Shown: piece after piece, positions 8,175 through 16,278 of the stretch
Position numbering within the stretch: position 1 is the first letter of the stretch
Layout of the letters: every line of letters begins with the position of its first letter
Virus record (IMG/VR): IMGVR_UViG_2703718843_000003
Span: 1 to 22,204 of that record
DNA from: a virus
Taxonomy: Duplodnaviria > Heunggongvirae > Uroviricota > Caudoviricetes
DNA length: 22,204 nucleotides
Direction: 5' to 3' (one strand)
The notes under the pieces: generated by a model
What the model was told of the DNA's origin: nothing
Database searches by the model: none
Seen by the model: the letters and a program-made list of their open reading frames with translations, nothing else
Position numbers and translations under genes: made by a program

Positions 8175-8558
8175 ATGAAAAAGGTGTTGTTAATACTGGC
8201 TTTGGTTTCTCTTGTTGGATGCAAGCCCAGCGCTGAAAAAGCTGTTGAACTAGGTAAGTCAGAAGTTGCAGCAGATGTTAGGGATCCAGATAGCGTAAAA
8301 TTTAGATATCTTCGATTTGTTCAGGGTGAGGATTCACCTGATGGTGCGGTCACTGGCTATGTTTGCGGTCAGATCAATGCGAAAAATGGCTTTGGGGCTT
8401 ACGAAGGATTCTCTCCATTCCTTATGAAAATAAGCATGAAATCAAAGGGTACATTTTCCAAGGGGGTCACCTACTCTGTAACGGAGAAGAAAATCTACAC
8501 CCGGTTTAGTGACCCAGTACCAGCGTCATACAAAGACAAGTGCGGCCCTGATGAGTGA
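8175..8558 (+). CDS. Secreted lipoprotein (cargo/moron gene), function unknown
   Basis: N-terminal signal peptide MKKVLLILALVSLVG followed by lipobox Cys (LVGC, Cys16) and K at +2; lower GC than flanking core genes; followed by a strong intrinsic terminator. Sits between ogr and the att region, where P2 itself has no gene as far as I recall. Confidence 0.75.
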   Translation: MKKVLLILALVSLVGCKPSAEKAVELGKSEVAADVRDPDSVKFRYLRFVQGEDSPDGAVTGYVCGQINAKNGFGAYEGFSPFLMKISMKSKGTFSKGVTYSVTEKKIYTRFSDPVPASYKDKCGPDE

Positions 8559-8576
8559 GGGATGTTTCAGTAAGAT

Positions 8577-8600
8577 GCCGGGCAGAAGCCCGGCTTTTTT
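8577..8600 (+). terminator. Rho-independent terminator after the lipoprotein gene
   Basis: GCCGGGC-AGAA-GCCCGGC perfect 7-bp stem followed by TTTTTT. Confidence 0.7.
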
Positions 8601-8693
8601 ATGTCGAAGTGTAGTCAAAATGTAGACGAAGTTTAGAATAAATCCTTTTATTCCAGTTTGTTACATGCGGAATATCTTCACCATCCCTGTCTT

Positions 8694-8720
8694 CCCCCAC
8701 ATGATGTGGGGGTTTTTTTT
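8694..8720 (+). terminator. Second hairpin plus T8 tract inside the att region
   Basis: CCCCCAC-ATGAT-GTGGGGG followed by TTTTTTTT; may be the reconstituted terminator of the host gene the phage integrates next to, or part of the attP core. Confidence 0.55.
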
Positions 8721-8732
8721 ATCAATCACTTA
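8720..8732. promoter_or_regulatory. IHF-consensus site (WATCAANNNNTTR) in the att region
   Basis: TATCAATCACTTA matches the IHF consensus exactly; located between the hairpin and the Int arm-type repeats. Confidence 0.35.
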
Positions 8733-8805
8733 CATCGGTTTCCGTAAGAAAACAGTAACTTAAGAAAACCTATAAGGGACTGGAAGGGCTACAAAGTTCT
8801 GAGAG

Positions 8806-8826
8806 TGTGGACACTATGTGGACACT
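8806..8826. repeat. Tandem direct repeat TGTGGACACT x2 (putative Int arm-type P' sites)
   Basis: Perfect 10-bp tandem copies separated by 1 bp, 12 bp from the int stop codon; matches the P2 Int arm-site consensus TGTGGACA as I remember it. Degenerate copies (GTGTAGTC, TGTAGACG) occur at 8609-8628 on the other side. Confidence 0.5.
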
Positions 8827-8838
8827 CAGAAGGGAAAT

Positions 8839-9819
8839 TTATAACGTCACTCCGCCTTTTAGAGGATTCAGCGCGACGGCATTTTGCAGGTAGTCAGGCG
8901 CAAGGTGCGCATAGGCCATCGTCTGCTGAATGCTCGCATGTCCCAGAATCTGTTGCAGTGCGATTATATTGCCCCCATTCATCATGAAATGGCTTGCGAA
9001 TGTATGCCGCAGGATGTGGGTTGCCTGATTGGGTGGTATATCTGGCTTCACTCTGCGTAAAATCCCGCAAAACTTCTCATAATCAACTTTGAATAATTTA
9101 GCGCTGGCCTCCTCTTTAACTTTTTTCTCCAGTTCCTCAGAAATCGGCACGGTTCGCTTTTTACCGTTTTTGGTTTTCAGGAAGGTAACCCTGCAATTTG
9201 TAATCTGTGCTGGTTTTAGCGTGGCAACTTCCGTCCATCTTCCTCCAGTGCTCAGACATAAAAGTGCGACAAGTAAGTCATCACCATCCAAAACATTTAA
9301 CAGTTTTTCGATTTCTGCCTTTTCCAGGAACGTCATTTCAGGGTTGGCCTCCGCCAGTGGCGGCAGTCCGTGAATTGGGTGTTGCCCGGAAAATTCATCC
9401 AATTGAATTAATTTTGTGAACATGCCGGATAATCGGTACATGTCACGGTTTATCGTTGCGGCACTGATACCATTTCGTAGTCGCATGGAACGATAATCCA
9501 TCAAAGCTCTTTTGCTCATCCGGCTCACTGGTATATCACCTATGCCGCTGATGGTTTTGAGCAGATGATTAAACTCTTTTGTTCCATGCTCGTGGTTTTG
9601 CCCGTGATATTTCCACCAGATGTCCAGCAACTCACTCAAAGTTCTGCGATCTGCTCGCTGACCTGCCCATTCTTTCTGGCTGGCGTAGGCGATTGTGTAT
9701 CGCTCAAATGCTACAGCCTCAGCTTTTCTTTCAAATTTCCTGCGGATGCGTTTTCCGTCGCGACCGCGAGGTCTAATGTCCACTTCATAGCGTCCATCAT
9801 CGAGCTTCTTAATTGACAT
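8839..9819 (-). CDS. int: Tyrosine integrase (P2 Int family)
   Basis: Start MSIKKLDDGRYEVDIRPRGRDG matches the remembered P2 Int N-terminus; C-terminal catalytic region with HxLRHT (ATHILRHTFASH) and the conserved Tyr context (MAYAHLAP). Confidence 0.9.
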   Translation of the reverse strand: MSIKKLDDGRYEVDIRPRGRDGKRIRRKFERKAEAVAFERYTIAYASQKEWAGQRADRRTLSELLDIWWKYHGQNHEHGTKEFNHLLKTISGIGDIPVSRMSKRALMDYRSMRLRNGISAATINRDMYRLSGMFTKLIQLDEFSGQHPIHGLPPLAEANPEMTFLEKAEIEKLLNVLDGDDLLVALLCLSTGGRWTEVATLKPAQITNCRVTFLKTKNGKKRTVPISEELEKKVKEEASAKLFKVDYEKFCGILRRVKPDIPPNQATHILRHTFASHFMMNGGNIIALQQILGHASIQQTMAYAHLAPDYLQNAVALNPLKGGVTL

Positions 9820-9888
9820 AAGAAAGCCCTCTGACGCTGTATTCACCATCTTGGTAACAAATGGTGAAAATGTAATGTTTATAGAGTG

Positions 9889-10182
9889 TTAACCAGTCTG
9901 TTTTTCGGAGTGGTCTGATTCTGTTGGTTTTTGCCCAATGTGTGCGAGAGCCGGCGCGATCTGACCAGCTTGTGGTGACGTATCACCAGTCATTAACCAG
10001 AGCGTATATTTTTTAAATAAAGGCGTATTTGTGACTCGCATAACGATGCTGAGACCAGGGTCTTTATGCCCACTTTCGTAATTTTTGACTGTTCCTAGAG
10101 CTATCCCGCTAATTTCGCTGAATTTCGCCTGTGTTAAGCCTTCTGCTTTCCTAATCGCTTTCAGTTTTTCGAATGTCTGCAT
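9889..10182 (-). CDS. C: Immunity repressor C (P2 C family, HTH)
   Basis: 97 aa; N-terminal HTH and C-terminal TKYTLWLMTGD...QAGQIAPALAHIGQ match the remembered P2 C repressor; divergent from cox with face-to-face promoters. Confidence 0.85.
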   Translation of the reverse strand: MQTFEKLKAIRKAEGLTQAKFSEISGIALGTVKNYESGHKDPGLSIVMRVTNTPLFKKYTLWLMTGDTSPQAGQIAPALAHIGQKPTESDHSEKQTG

Positions 10183-10238
10183 TTGACAGTAACCTATTGG
10201 TGACTTATATTCCCGTCAAAAGGTTGTGTATTGGTGAC
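10183..10238 (+). promoter_or_regulatory. Early promoter Pe (TTGACA-N17-TATATT) with two direct operator repeats TATTGGTGAC
   Basis: -35 TTGACA at 10183-10188, -10 TATATT at 10206-10211, 17-bp spacer; 10-bp direct repeats at 10195-10204 and 10229-10238 flank the -10, the arrangement described for P2 C operators O1/O2. Confidence 0.5.
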
Positions 10239-10254
10239 CTTTTGAGTGTGTTAG

Positions 10255-10295
10255 CCAGTCCCTAGAAAGGACAGGGGCGACCTAGAAGGGACTGG
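10255..10295. repeat. Imperfect palindrome CCAGTCCC...GGGACTGG enclosing two CCTAGAA(A/G)GG repeats
   Basis: Perfect 8-bp inverted repeat arms 10255-10262 and 10288-10295 with internal direct repeats, upstream of cox; candidate Cox/Pc regulatory element. Confidence 0.3.
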
Positions 10296-10334
10296 ATCTA
10301 ATAAGGGTAACACGAAAGCAAAAAGGGCTAATCA

Positions 10335-10607
10335 ATGGAAGTCAATGACTATGTGATTCAGTACCCGATTGATGCGGTACATACGGTTAAGTTTGCAGAG
10401 TTACTTGGTAAGCCAGAAACGGCTGTAGTCAAGATGGTAAAAGAGAATAAATTGCCAGTTATTGAGCTTCGTGATCCAAGTAAGCCGAACGCTCGTGTCG
10501 GTGAGAAGTGGGTTTTCATTCCAGAGTTTAATCGCGCTGTACGAGAGGCGTTTTATAACCGACCAGTTGAACAGCGTGATGCATGGCTTTTGTGGATGGG
10601 GTTGTGA
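10335..10607 (+). CDS. cox: Cox (excisionase / lytic-switch repressor of Pc)
   Basis: 90 aa at the P2 cox position; KLPVIEL...GEKWVFIPEFN...RDAWLLWMGL resembles remembered P2 Cox. Confidence 0.8.
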   Translation: MEVNDYVIQYPIDAVHTVKFAELLGKPETAVVKMVKENKLPVIELRDPSKPNARVGEKWVFIPEFNRAVREAFYNRPVEQRDAWLLWMGL

Positions 10608-10609
10608 TT

Positions 10610-10780
10610 ATGAGTGAACCGCGTTGTATTGCTCAGTTACTGCGTAACGAAAGCCCCAGGGCGATTGACTTCACCATCACCCACGGTAAGGGGCGTAAGG
10701 GAATCATTATCCGCACCAAAAAACAGAGTCCGTTAAAAAAGGCTCTGACCTTTCTGAAAAGCTGGAGGGTCTGGAAATGA
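10610..10780 (+). CDS. Small hypothetical protein (P2 orf78 position)
   Basis: ATG 10610 three nt after cox stop; stop overlaps gene B start (ATGA); basic 56-aa product. Confidence 0.45.
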   Translation: MSEPRCIAQLLRNESPRAIDFTITHGKGRKGIIIRTKKQSPLKKALTFLKSWRVWK

Positions 10781-11277
10781 CAGTGATGACGCTCAATCTC
10801 GTTGAAAAACAGCCAGCAGCTATGCGCCGGATAATTGGCAAGCATCTTGCCGTCCCTCGCTGGCAGGATACATGTGATTATTATAATCAGATGATGGAAC
10901 GCGAACGGCTAACGGTTTGCTTCCATGCGCAGTTAAAACAACGTCACGCAACGATGCGTTTTGAAGAAATGAACGACGTCGAACGTGAACGGCTGGTTTG
11001 TGCAATTGATGAATTGCGTGGGGCATTCTCAAAACGCCGTCAGGTCGGTGCAAGTGAGTATGCATATATTAGCTTTTTAACTGTCAGTCAGCGCCGTACT
11101 TTATTTATGCATGCCAGATTGACTGAAAAAGAATTCAACCAGCCATACTGGCGAATTAATGAAGAGTCATGTTACTGGCGTGATGCTTTATTCCGTGCAT
11201 TACGTGAATTATTCAGCCTGTTTGAGTATGCACCGACAATTCTGACGTCGGTAAAACCAGAGCAATATCTGCATTAA
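10777..11277 (+). CDS. B: Replication protein gpB (helicase-loader-like)
   Basis: 166 aa; sequence essentially collinear with my recollection of P2 gpB (MTVMTLNLVEKQPAAMRRIIGKHLAVPRWQDTCDYYNQMMERERL...). Confidence 0.85.
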   Translation: MTVMTLNLVEKQPAAMRRIIGKHLAVPRWQDTCDYYNQMMERERLTVCFHAQLKQRHATMRFEEMNDVERERLVCAIDELRGAFSKRRQVGASEYAYISFLTVSQRRTLFMHARLTEKEFNQPYWRINEESCYWRDALFRALRELFSLFEYAPTILTSVKPEQYLH

Positions 11278-11340
11278 GTAATTAACCAGAGTTTTTAACG
11301 CACTTAATTGTGCGGGGCTTCTTTTTGCCTGGAGAAAGTC

Positions 11341-11565
11341 ATGCATACAGTTTCTGAAAATCAGTGCGGTAAATACGTATTACTGCTGCAACAGGCCAGA
11401 ACCGAAGCACAGGCCGACGCGGCGACGCGCTTTTCTTCTCATCTTGACGCCATGATTCGCCACATCACAAAGGCGGAGTTATCCCGCGTGGAGATAGTCG
11501 AGCTGCTCAGTCAGGAGTCGGAAAAATTTCACAATATCGGATTGTCTCGCGGGGAGGTGCTTTGA
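11341..11565 (+). CDS. Hypothetical protein (P2 orf80 position)
   Basis: ATG 11341 with GGAGAAAG SD; stop overlaps next start (TGATG). Confidence 0.45.
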   Translation: MHTVSENQCGKYVLLLQQARTEAQADAATRFSSHLDAMIRHITKAELSRVEIVELLSQESEKFHNIGLSRGEVL

Positions 11566-11867
11566 TGTCCTGTTCTCATTCAGTTGTATTACTGAATAAC
11601 GCCTTAAAAATCGCCGTTATGGGAAATGGTGATTTGTCTCTTATTCAACTTTGTCTTGATAAAGAAAAACGCGACATAACTGAATCTGTTATCGCGATTT
11701 ATCAGAATGAATTAAACCTTCTGTCTGATGTGGTCAATTTACTTGTTAAACGCGCTGTATTCCACAAGCAAATTTCCTCCGTGGATGAACTGACAAAATT
11801 AACGACAGAAATCGTCAGCTATTGCGCTGATGAATTTAAGAAACTGAACGACAAAAGGAACTGGTAA
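11565..11867 (+). CDS. Hypothetical protein (P2 orf81 position)
   Basis: ATG 11565 with GGGGAGG SD; translationally coupled to neighbours. Confidence 0.5.
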   Translation: MSCSHSVVLLNNALKIAVMGNGDLSLIQLCLDKEKRDITESVIAIYQNELNLLSDVVNLLVKRAVFHKQISSVDELTKLTTEIVSYCADEFKKLNDKRNW

Positions 11868-12091
11868 TGCCGGACAACGTAGATTTCATTCAGGAACAAC
11901 AGGCTGAATTACTGGAGCGCCAGATTAACGCGGCAAGGGTAAAACATTGCGGTGTTTCTGCGCTGGTTTGCGAAGAGTGTGACGTGCCAATACCTGCTGC
12001 CCGTCGTGCGGCTTATCCGTCAGCCACGCGTTGTGTTTCCTGTCAGTCAGTCTTTGAAGCAAAAAACAAACATTACCGGAGAATGGCATGA
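11867..12091 (+). CDS. TraR/DksA-family C4 zinc-finger protein (P2 orf82 position)
   Basis: C-x2-C ... C-x2-C motif (VCEECDVPIP...RCVSCQ) typical of the phage TraR/DksA family; start overlaps previous stop (TAATG). Confidence 0.7.
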   Translation: MPDNVDFIQEQQAELLERQINAARVKHCGVSALVCEECDVPIPAARRAAYPSATRCVSCQSVFEAKNKHYRRMA

Positions 12092-12363
12092 GTATTCGTA
12101 TCGAAATTGGCGAACGTTATGTCGTTACCAGTGACAGCTTTCAGTTTATTCTCCACGAGAAAAAGAGAGCGGAAAGCGGTAAAAACGCCGGTCAGGAGTG
12201 GCTGGCGGTGGTTGGTTATTACCCGAAATTAAGCCAGCTCGTTTCCGGCCTGATGCATCACGATATTCTGACCGGAAGCGCAAAGTCTTTTGCTGATTTA
12301 AACGCGCAGGTTGAGCAACTCAGCAAGCGTTGTTCAGAGGCTTTTGGCTCATATGACCGTTAA
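12088..12363 (+). CDS. Hypothetical protein (P2 orf83 position)
   Basis: 91-aa ORF overlapping the start of gene A. Confidence 0.5.
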   Translation: MSIRIEIGERYVVTSDSFQFILHEKKRAESGKNAGQEWLAVVGYYPKLSQLVSGLMHHDILTGSAKSFADLNAQVEQLSKRCSEAFGSYDR

Positions 12364-14629
12364 AGCCTCCGGGCATTTTGTCCCTCCGTCAGCATTTGCC
12401 GCAGGCACCGGTGAGACGTTTACCGGTGCTTATGCATGGAACGCGCCACGCGAGGCCGTCGGGCGCGAAAGACCCCTTACACGTGACGAGATGCGTCAGG
12501 TGCAAGGTGTTTTATCCACGATTAACCGCCTGCCTTACTTTTTGCGCTCGCTGTTTACTTCACGCTATGACTACATCCGGCGCAATAAAAGCCCGGTACA
12601 CGGGTTTTATTTCCTCACATCCACTTTTCAGCGTCGTTTATGGCCGCGCATTGAGCGCGTGAATCAGCGCCATGAAATGAACACCGACGCGTCGTTGCTG
12701 TTTCTGGCAGAGCGTGACCACTATGCGCGTCTGCCGGGGATGAATGACAAGGAGCTGAAAAAGTTTGCCGCCCGTATTTCATCGCAGCTTTTCATGATGT
12801 ATGAGGAACTCTGCGATGCCTGGGTGGATGCGCATGGCGAAAAAGAATCACTGTTTACGGATGAGGCGCAGGATCATCTGTATGGTCATGTTGCTGGCGC
12901 TGCACGTGCTTTCAATATTTCCCCGCTCTACTGGAAAAAATACCGTAAAGGACAGATAACCACGAGGCAGGCATATTCTGCCATTGCCCGCCTGTTTAAC
13001 GATGAGTGGTGGACTCATCAGCTTAAAGGCCAGCGTATGCGCTGGCATGAAGCGTTACTGATAGCTGTCGGGGAGGTCAATAAAGACCGTTCTCCTTATG
13101 CCAGTAAACATGCCATTCGTGATGTGCGTGCGCGCCGCCAGGCAAATCTGGAATTTCTTAAATCGTGTGACCTTGAAAACAGGGAAACCGGCGAGCGCAT
13201 CGACCTTATCAGTAAGGTGATGAGCAGTATTTCTAATCCTGAAATTCGCCGGATGGAGCTGATGAACACCATTGCCGGTATTGAGCGTTACGCCGCTGCA
13301 GAGGGTGATGTGGGGATGTTTATCACGCTGACCGCGCCGTCAAAGTATCACCCGACACGTCAGGTCGGAAAAGGCGAAAGTAAAACCGTCCAGCTTAATC
13401 ACGGCTGGAATGATGAGGCATTTAATCCAAAGGATGCGCAGCGATATCTCTGCCATATCTGGAGCCTGATGCGCACGGCATTCAAGGATAATGATTTACA
13501 GGTCTACGGTTTGCGAGTCGTCGAGCCACACCACGACGGAACGCCGCACTGGCATATGATGCTTTTTTGTAATCCACGCCAGCGTAACCAGATTATCGAA
13601 ATCATGCGTCGCTATGCGCTCAAAGAGGATGGCGACGAAAGAGGAGCCGCGCGAAACCGTTTTCAGGCAAAACACCTTAACCGGGGCGGTGCTGCGGGGT
13701 ATATCGCGAAATACATCTCAAAAAATATCGACGGCTATGCACTGGATGGTCAGCTCGATAACGATACCGGCAGACCGCTGAAAGACACTGCCGCGGCTGT
13801 TACCGCATGGGCGTCAACGTGGCGCATTCCGCAATTTAAAACGGTTGGCCTGCCGACAATGGGGGCTTACCGTGAACTACGCAAATTGCCTCGCGGCGTC
13901 AGCATTGCTGATGAGTTTGACGAACGCGTCGAGGCTGCACGCGCTGCCGCAGACAGTGGCGATTTTGCGCTGTATATCAGCGCGCAAGGTGGGGCAAATG
14001 TCCCGCGCGATTGTCAGACTGTCAGGGTTGCCCGTAGCCCGTCGGATGACGTTAACGAGTATGAGGAAGAAGTCGAGAGAGTGGTCGGCATTTACGCGCC
14101 TCATCTCGGCGCGCGTCATATTCATATCACCAGAACGACGGACTGGCGCATTGTGCCGAAAGTGCCAGTCGTTGAGCCTTTGACTTTAAAAAGCGGCATC
14201 GCCGCGCCTCGGAGTCCTGTCAATAACTGTGGAAAGCTCACCGGTGGTGATACTTCGTTACCGGCTCCCACACCTTCTGAACACGCCGCAGCAGTGCTTA
14301 ATCTGGTTGATGACGGTGTTATCGAATGGAATGACCCGGAGGTCGTGAGGGCGCTCAGGGGCGCATTAAAATACGGGCTGAGAACACCAAATCGTCAGCA
14401 GAGAAACGGAAGCCCGTTAAAACCACATGAAATTGCACCATCGGCCAGACTGACCCGGTCGGAAAGAATGCAAATTACCCGTATCCGCGTTGACCTTGCT
14501 CAGAACGGTATCAGGCCGCAGCGATGGGAGCTTGAGGCGCTGGCGCGTGGCGCGACCGTAAATTATGACGGGAAACCTTTCACTTATCAGGTCGCTGATG
14601 ATTGGCCGGGATTTTTGTTACCCATTTGA
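12353..14629 (+). CDS. A: Replication initiation endonuclease gpA (rolling-circle nickase)
   Basis: Start MTVKASGHFVPPSAFAAGTGETFTGAYAWNAPREAVGRERPLTRDEMRQ is near-identical to the remembered P2 gpA; contains the HUH-like GTPHWHMMLF region and the active-site Tyr region AGYIAKYISKNIDGYAL. Confidence 0.9.
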   Translation: MTVKASGHFVPPSAFAAGTGETFTGAYAWNAPREAVGRERPLTRDEMRQVQGVLSTINRLPYFLRSLFTSRYDYIRRNKSPVHGFYFLTSTFQRRLWPRIERVNQRHEMNTDASLLFLAERDHYARLPGMNDKELKKFAARISSQLFMMYEELCDAWVDAHGEKESLFTDEAQDHLYGHVAGAARAFNISPLYWKKYRKGQITTRQAYSAIARLFNDEWWTHQLKGQRMRWHEALLIAVGEVNKDRSPYASKHAIRDVRARRQANLEFLKSCDLENRETGERIDLISKVMSSISNPEIRRMELMNTIAGIERYAAAEGDVGMFITLTAPSKYHPTRQVGKGESKTVQLNHGWNDEAFNPKDAQRYLCHIWSLMRTAFKDNDLQVYGLRVVEPHHDGTPHWHMMLFCNPRQRNQIIEIMRRYALKEDGDERGAARNRFQAKHLNRGGAAGYIAKYISKNIDGYALDGQLDNDTGRPLKDTAAAVTAWASTWRIPQFKTVGLPTMGAYRELRKLPRGVSIADEFDERVEAARAAADSGDFALYISAQGGANVPRDCQTVRVARSPSDDVNEYEEEVERVVGIYAPHLGARHIHITRTTDWRIVPKVPVVEPLTLKSGIAAPRSPVNNCGKLTGGDTSLPAPTPSEHAAAVLNLVDDGVIEWNDPEVVRALRGALKYGLRTPNRQQRNGSPLKPHEIAPSARLTRSERMQITRIRVDLAQNGIRPQRWELEALARGATVNYDGKPFTYQVADDWPGFLLPI

Positions 14630-14814
14630 GTAAAAATACAGCGTGATTTTATATGTCTTTGAATGGATTATGCGAAGCACCTCTAAGGTAGATGAGGAGC
14701 AATAGTGTGTTGAATCAGAAGGCTAAATTGTATTGAATCGTTAGCATGTAATTGAAGGCAGCTATTTGATTCGAGTCATAAAAGAGCATCTATTTCGGTT
14801 AATAAAACCATTGC

Positions 14815-14860
14815 GAGTGACTTTATGTCGAAGCATAATTCATCTCGAGCGAAGTCTTGC
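14815..14860. repeat. Direct repeat copy 1 (GAGTGACT ... GAGCGAAGTCTTGC)
   Basis: Shares an 8-mer and a perfect 14-mer with copy 2 at 15100-15124; copy 1 has a 24-bp internal expansion. Confidence 0.45.
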
Positions 14861-14889
14861 TAGTCTTTCATCGGATTGATGACGGGCGC

Positions 14890-14919
14890 AAAAAAACCAC
14901 CCTGGCAGGTGGTTTTTTT
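14890..14919. terminator. Bidirectional rho-independent terminator (A7-CCACC..GGTGG-T7)
   Basis: Symmetric hairpin flanked by an A run and a T run; closes the replication operon on + and the small minus-strand ORF on -. Confidence 0.65.
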
Positions 14920-14931
14920 GTTTGAAGCATA

Positions 14932-15045
14932 CTAAAGAAAAATACTTACATGGATATTACTGACGTTTACTGACAAACCACTCGGACTACCATATGGATA
15001 GCCAAAGAGGGCCAGAACGAGAATGCAGTAATAGCACTTCTTCAT
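14932..15045 (-). CDS. Candidate 37-codon mini-gene encoding a small hydrophobic Cys-containing peptide
   Basis: Minus-strand AGGAGG SD 4 nt before ATG (15045); peptide MKKCYYCILVLALFGYPYGSPSGLSVNVSNIHVSIFL; stop TAG at 14932-14934 followed 13 nt later by the bidirectional terminator. Not in the ORF track (below its length cutoff). Coding status unproven. Confidence 0.3.
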   Translation of the reverse strand: MKKCYYCILVLALFGYPYGSPSGLSVNVSNIHVSIFL

Positions 15046-15099
15046 ATCGCCTCCTGTAAGCAGAGGGCAATTTCCGCCGATATATGCGCTTCTAAGGCG

Positions 15100-15124
15100 G
15101 AGTGACTATTGAGCGAAGTCTTGC
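15100..15124. repeat. Direct repeat copy 2 (GAGTGACTATTGAGCGAAGTCTTGC)
   Basis: See copy 1; the two copies bracket the terminator and the mini-ORF. Confidence 0.45.
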
Positions 15125-15701
15125 CCTGAAATAATGCTCTGTTTAAACGCAAAGTGATCTGGCATATCACTGAACAGAGAACCTGAACAACACAACATAT
15201 AGTATGTCGTTGTTTCTGGTTGCATTTTATGTTGTGTAATACTGGTTTTGCATCAAGGATGTTTGAGCTTTTTTTGATATAGCTCAAAGTAAAAAGCAGA
15301 GACTACGGATGATAAGGTCTTGAAAGCAATGTAAATTTTTTAAAGTTGTGAGTGGCTAGAAATGCACAGTTTCAATATGGCGGATTTAAACAAGTAATTA
15401 AAAATAGCGCCATAAATTCCAATAAAATCATTATGTTGCGTTTTCTGTGGAAACTGCGGTGACTCTGAAATTTTCTTTTAGTGTCGCTGAGGTTTAACAA
15501 CTCGCTGCGCAAGTAGTTAGTGTTTTTTTAACTCAATATCCTGATTTATAAGGTTTTTTATAAATCGTTGGCTGATTGCGCGTATTCATCTCGTGTTATC
15601 AGCAAAGATAAGCGCTATATGCAAAACTGAATGCATATATGATGTCGAAAATGTTATGGGAAAACGTGGATTAGTGTTATAGTAATGGCTGAAAAACAGC
15701 A

Positions 15702-15740
15702 TTGACATAAAATAACAACTGTGATATGGCTGTGCATACT
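15702..15740 (+). promoter_or_regulatory. Putative sigma70 promoter for the peptidase/membrane-protein pair
   Basis: TTGACA at 15702-15707; weak -10 candidates TATGGC (17-bp spacer, TG at -15/-14) or CATACT; about 30-60 bp upstream of a strong AGGAGG SD. Confidence 0.35.
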
Positions 15741-15766
15741 TAACTTTTTTAACGTAGGAGGCAACC

Positions 15767-16252
15767 ATGAGCTATGCAGCTAAAAAACTGCTTGACCGCT
15801 ATTGGGATCGCCGACTACCTGTCGATCCGTTTAAGCTTGCTAAAGCGTGGGGTGCTCGTGTTGAAGCACTTGAGGAATCGGCTTATAACAACGATGGGTT
15901 AAGCGGTCTGGCTGTCATCAAAAAGGGTGTCCATAGGATTTATTTTGATTCTAGTGAACATTCTAATCGTCAACGTTTTACTGTTGCACACGAGTTAGGT
16001 CATCATGTGCTGGGGCATACCCAGGACGGAGAGTACCATCGGGATAATGTCGGGAATTATTCAACAGGTGCTCGTGATTACCGTGAGGTTGAAGCAAACA
16101 AGTTTGCTGCTGAGTTGTTAATGCCTGAGTCTGCTATACGTCAATTGGTATCCAGAGAAGGTATTGATAGCACTTTGAGATTAGCAAGCATCTTTAATGT
16201 ATCAGAAGCCGCTATGCATTGGCGCTTAAAGAGCTTAGGAATGGCTTATTAA
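15767..16252 (+). CDS. ImmA/IrrE-family (M78-like) zinc metallopeptidase, orphan (no adjacent HTH partner)
   Basis: HEXXH motif H75-E-L-G-H79 followed by the family signature E107-V-E-A-N-K-F-A-A-E-L-L-M-P; ideal SD AGGAGG 5 nt upstream of ATG; AT-rich codon usage. Confidence 0.8.
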   Translation: MSYAAKKLLDRYWDRRLPVDPFKLAKAWGARVEALEESAYNNDGLSGLAVIKKGVHRIYFDSSEHSNRQRFTVAHELGHHVLGHTQDGEYHRDNVGNYSTGARDYREVEANKFAAELLMPESAIRQLVSREGIDSTLRLASIFNVSEAAMHWRLKSLGMAY

Positions 16253-16278
16253 TTAGCCTTTAACTTTTAACCTGTTTA

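Noticed and set aside
8559-8838. tRNA or tmRNA 3' end within the att region (common integration targets)
   Set aside because: No T-arm/acceptor-stem-like sequence (GGTTCGAATCC-type) or CCA end seen; only protein-gene-style terminator hairpins.
8601-14834. Shared 10-mer TATGTCGAAG between the att region (8601-8610) and the cargo island leader (14825-14834)
   Set aside because: Single 10-mer matches are expected by chance many times in a 22-kb window; no extended similarity around it.
15042-15768. Track ORFs 15042-15287 (-) and 15586-15768 (-) in the cargo island leader
   Set aside because: Low-complexity translations in AT-rich noncoding DNA with no SD. The better-supported coding candidate in this region is the 37-codon ORF at 14932-15045, in a different frame.
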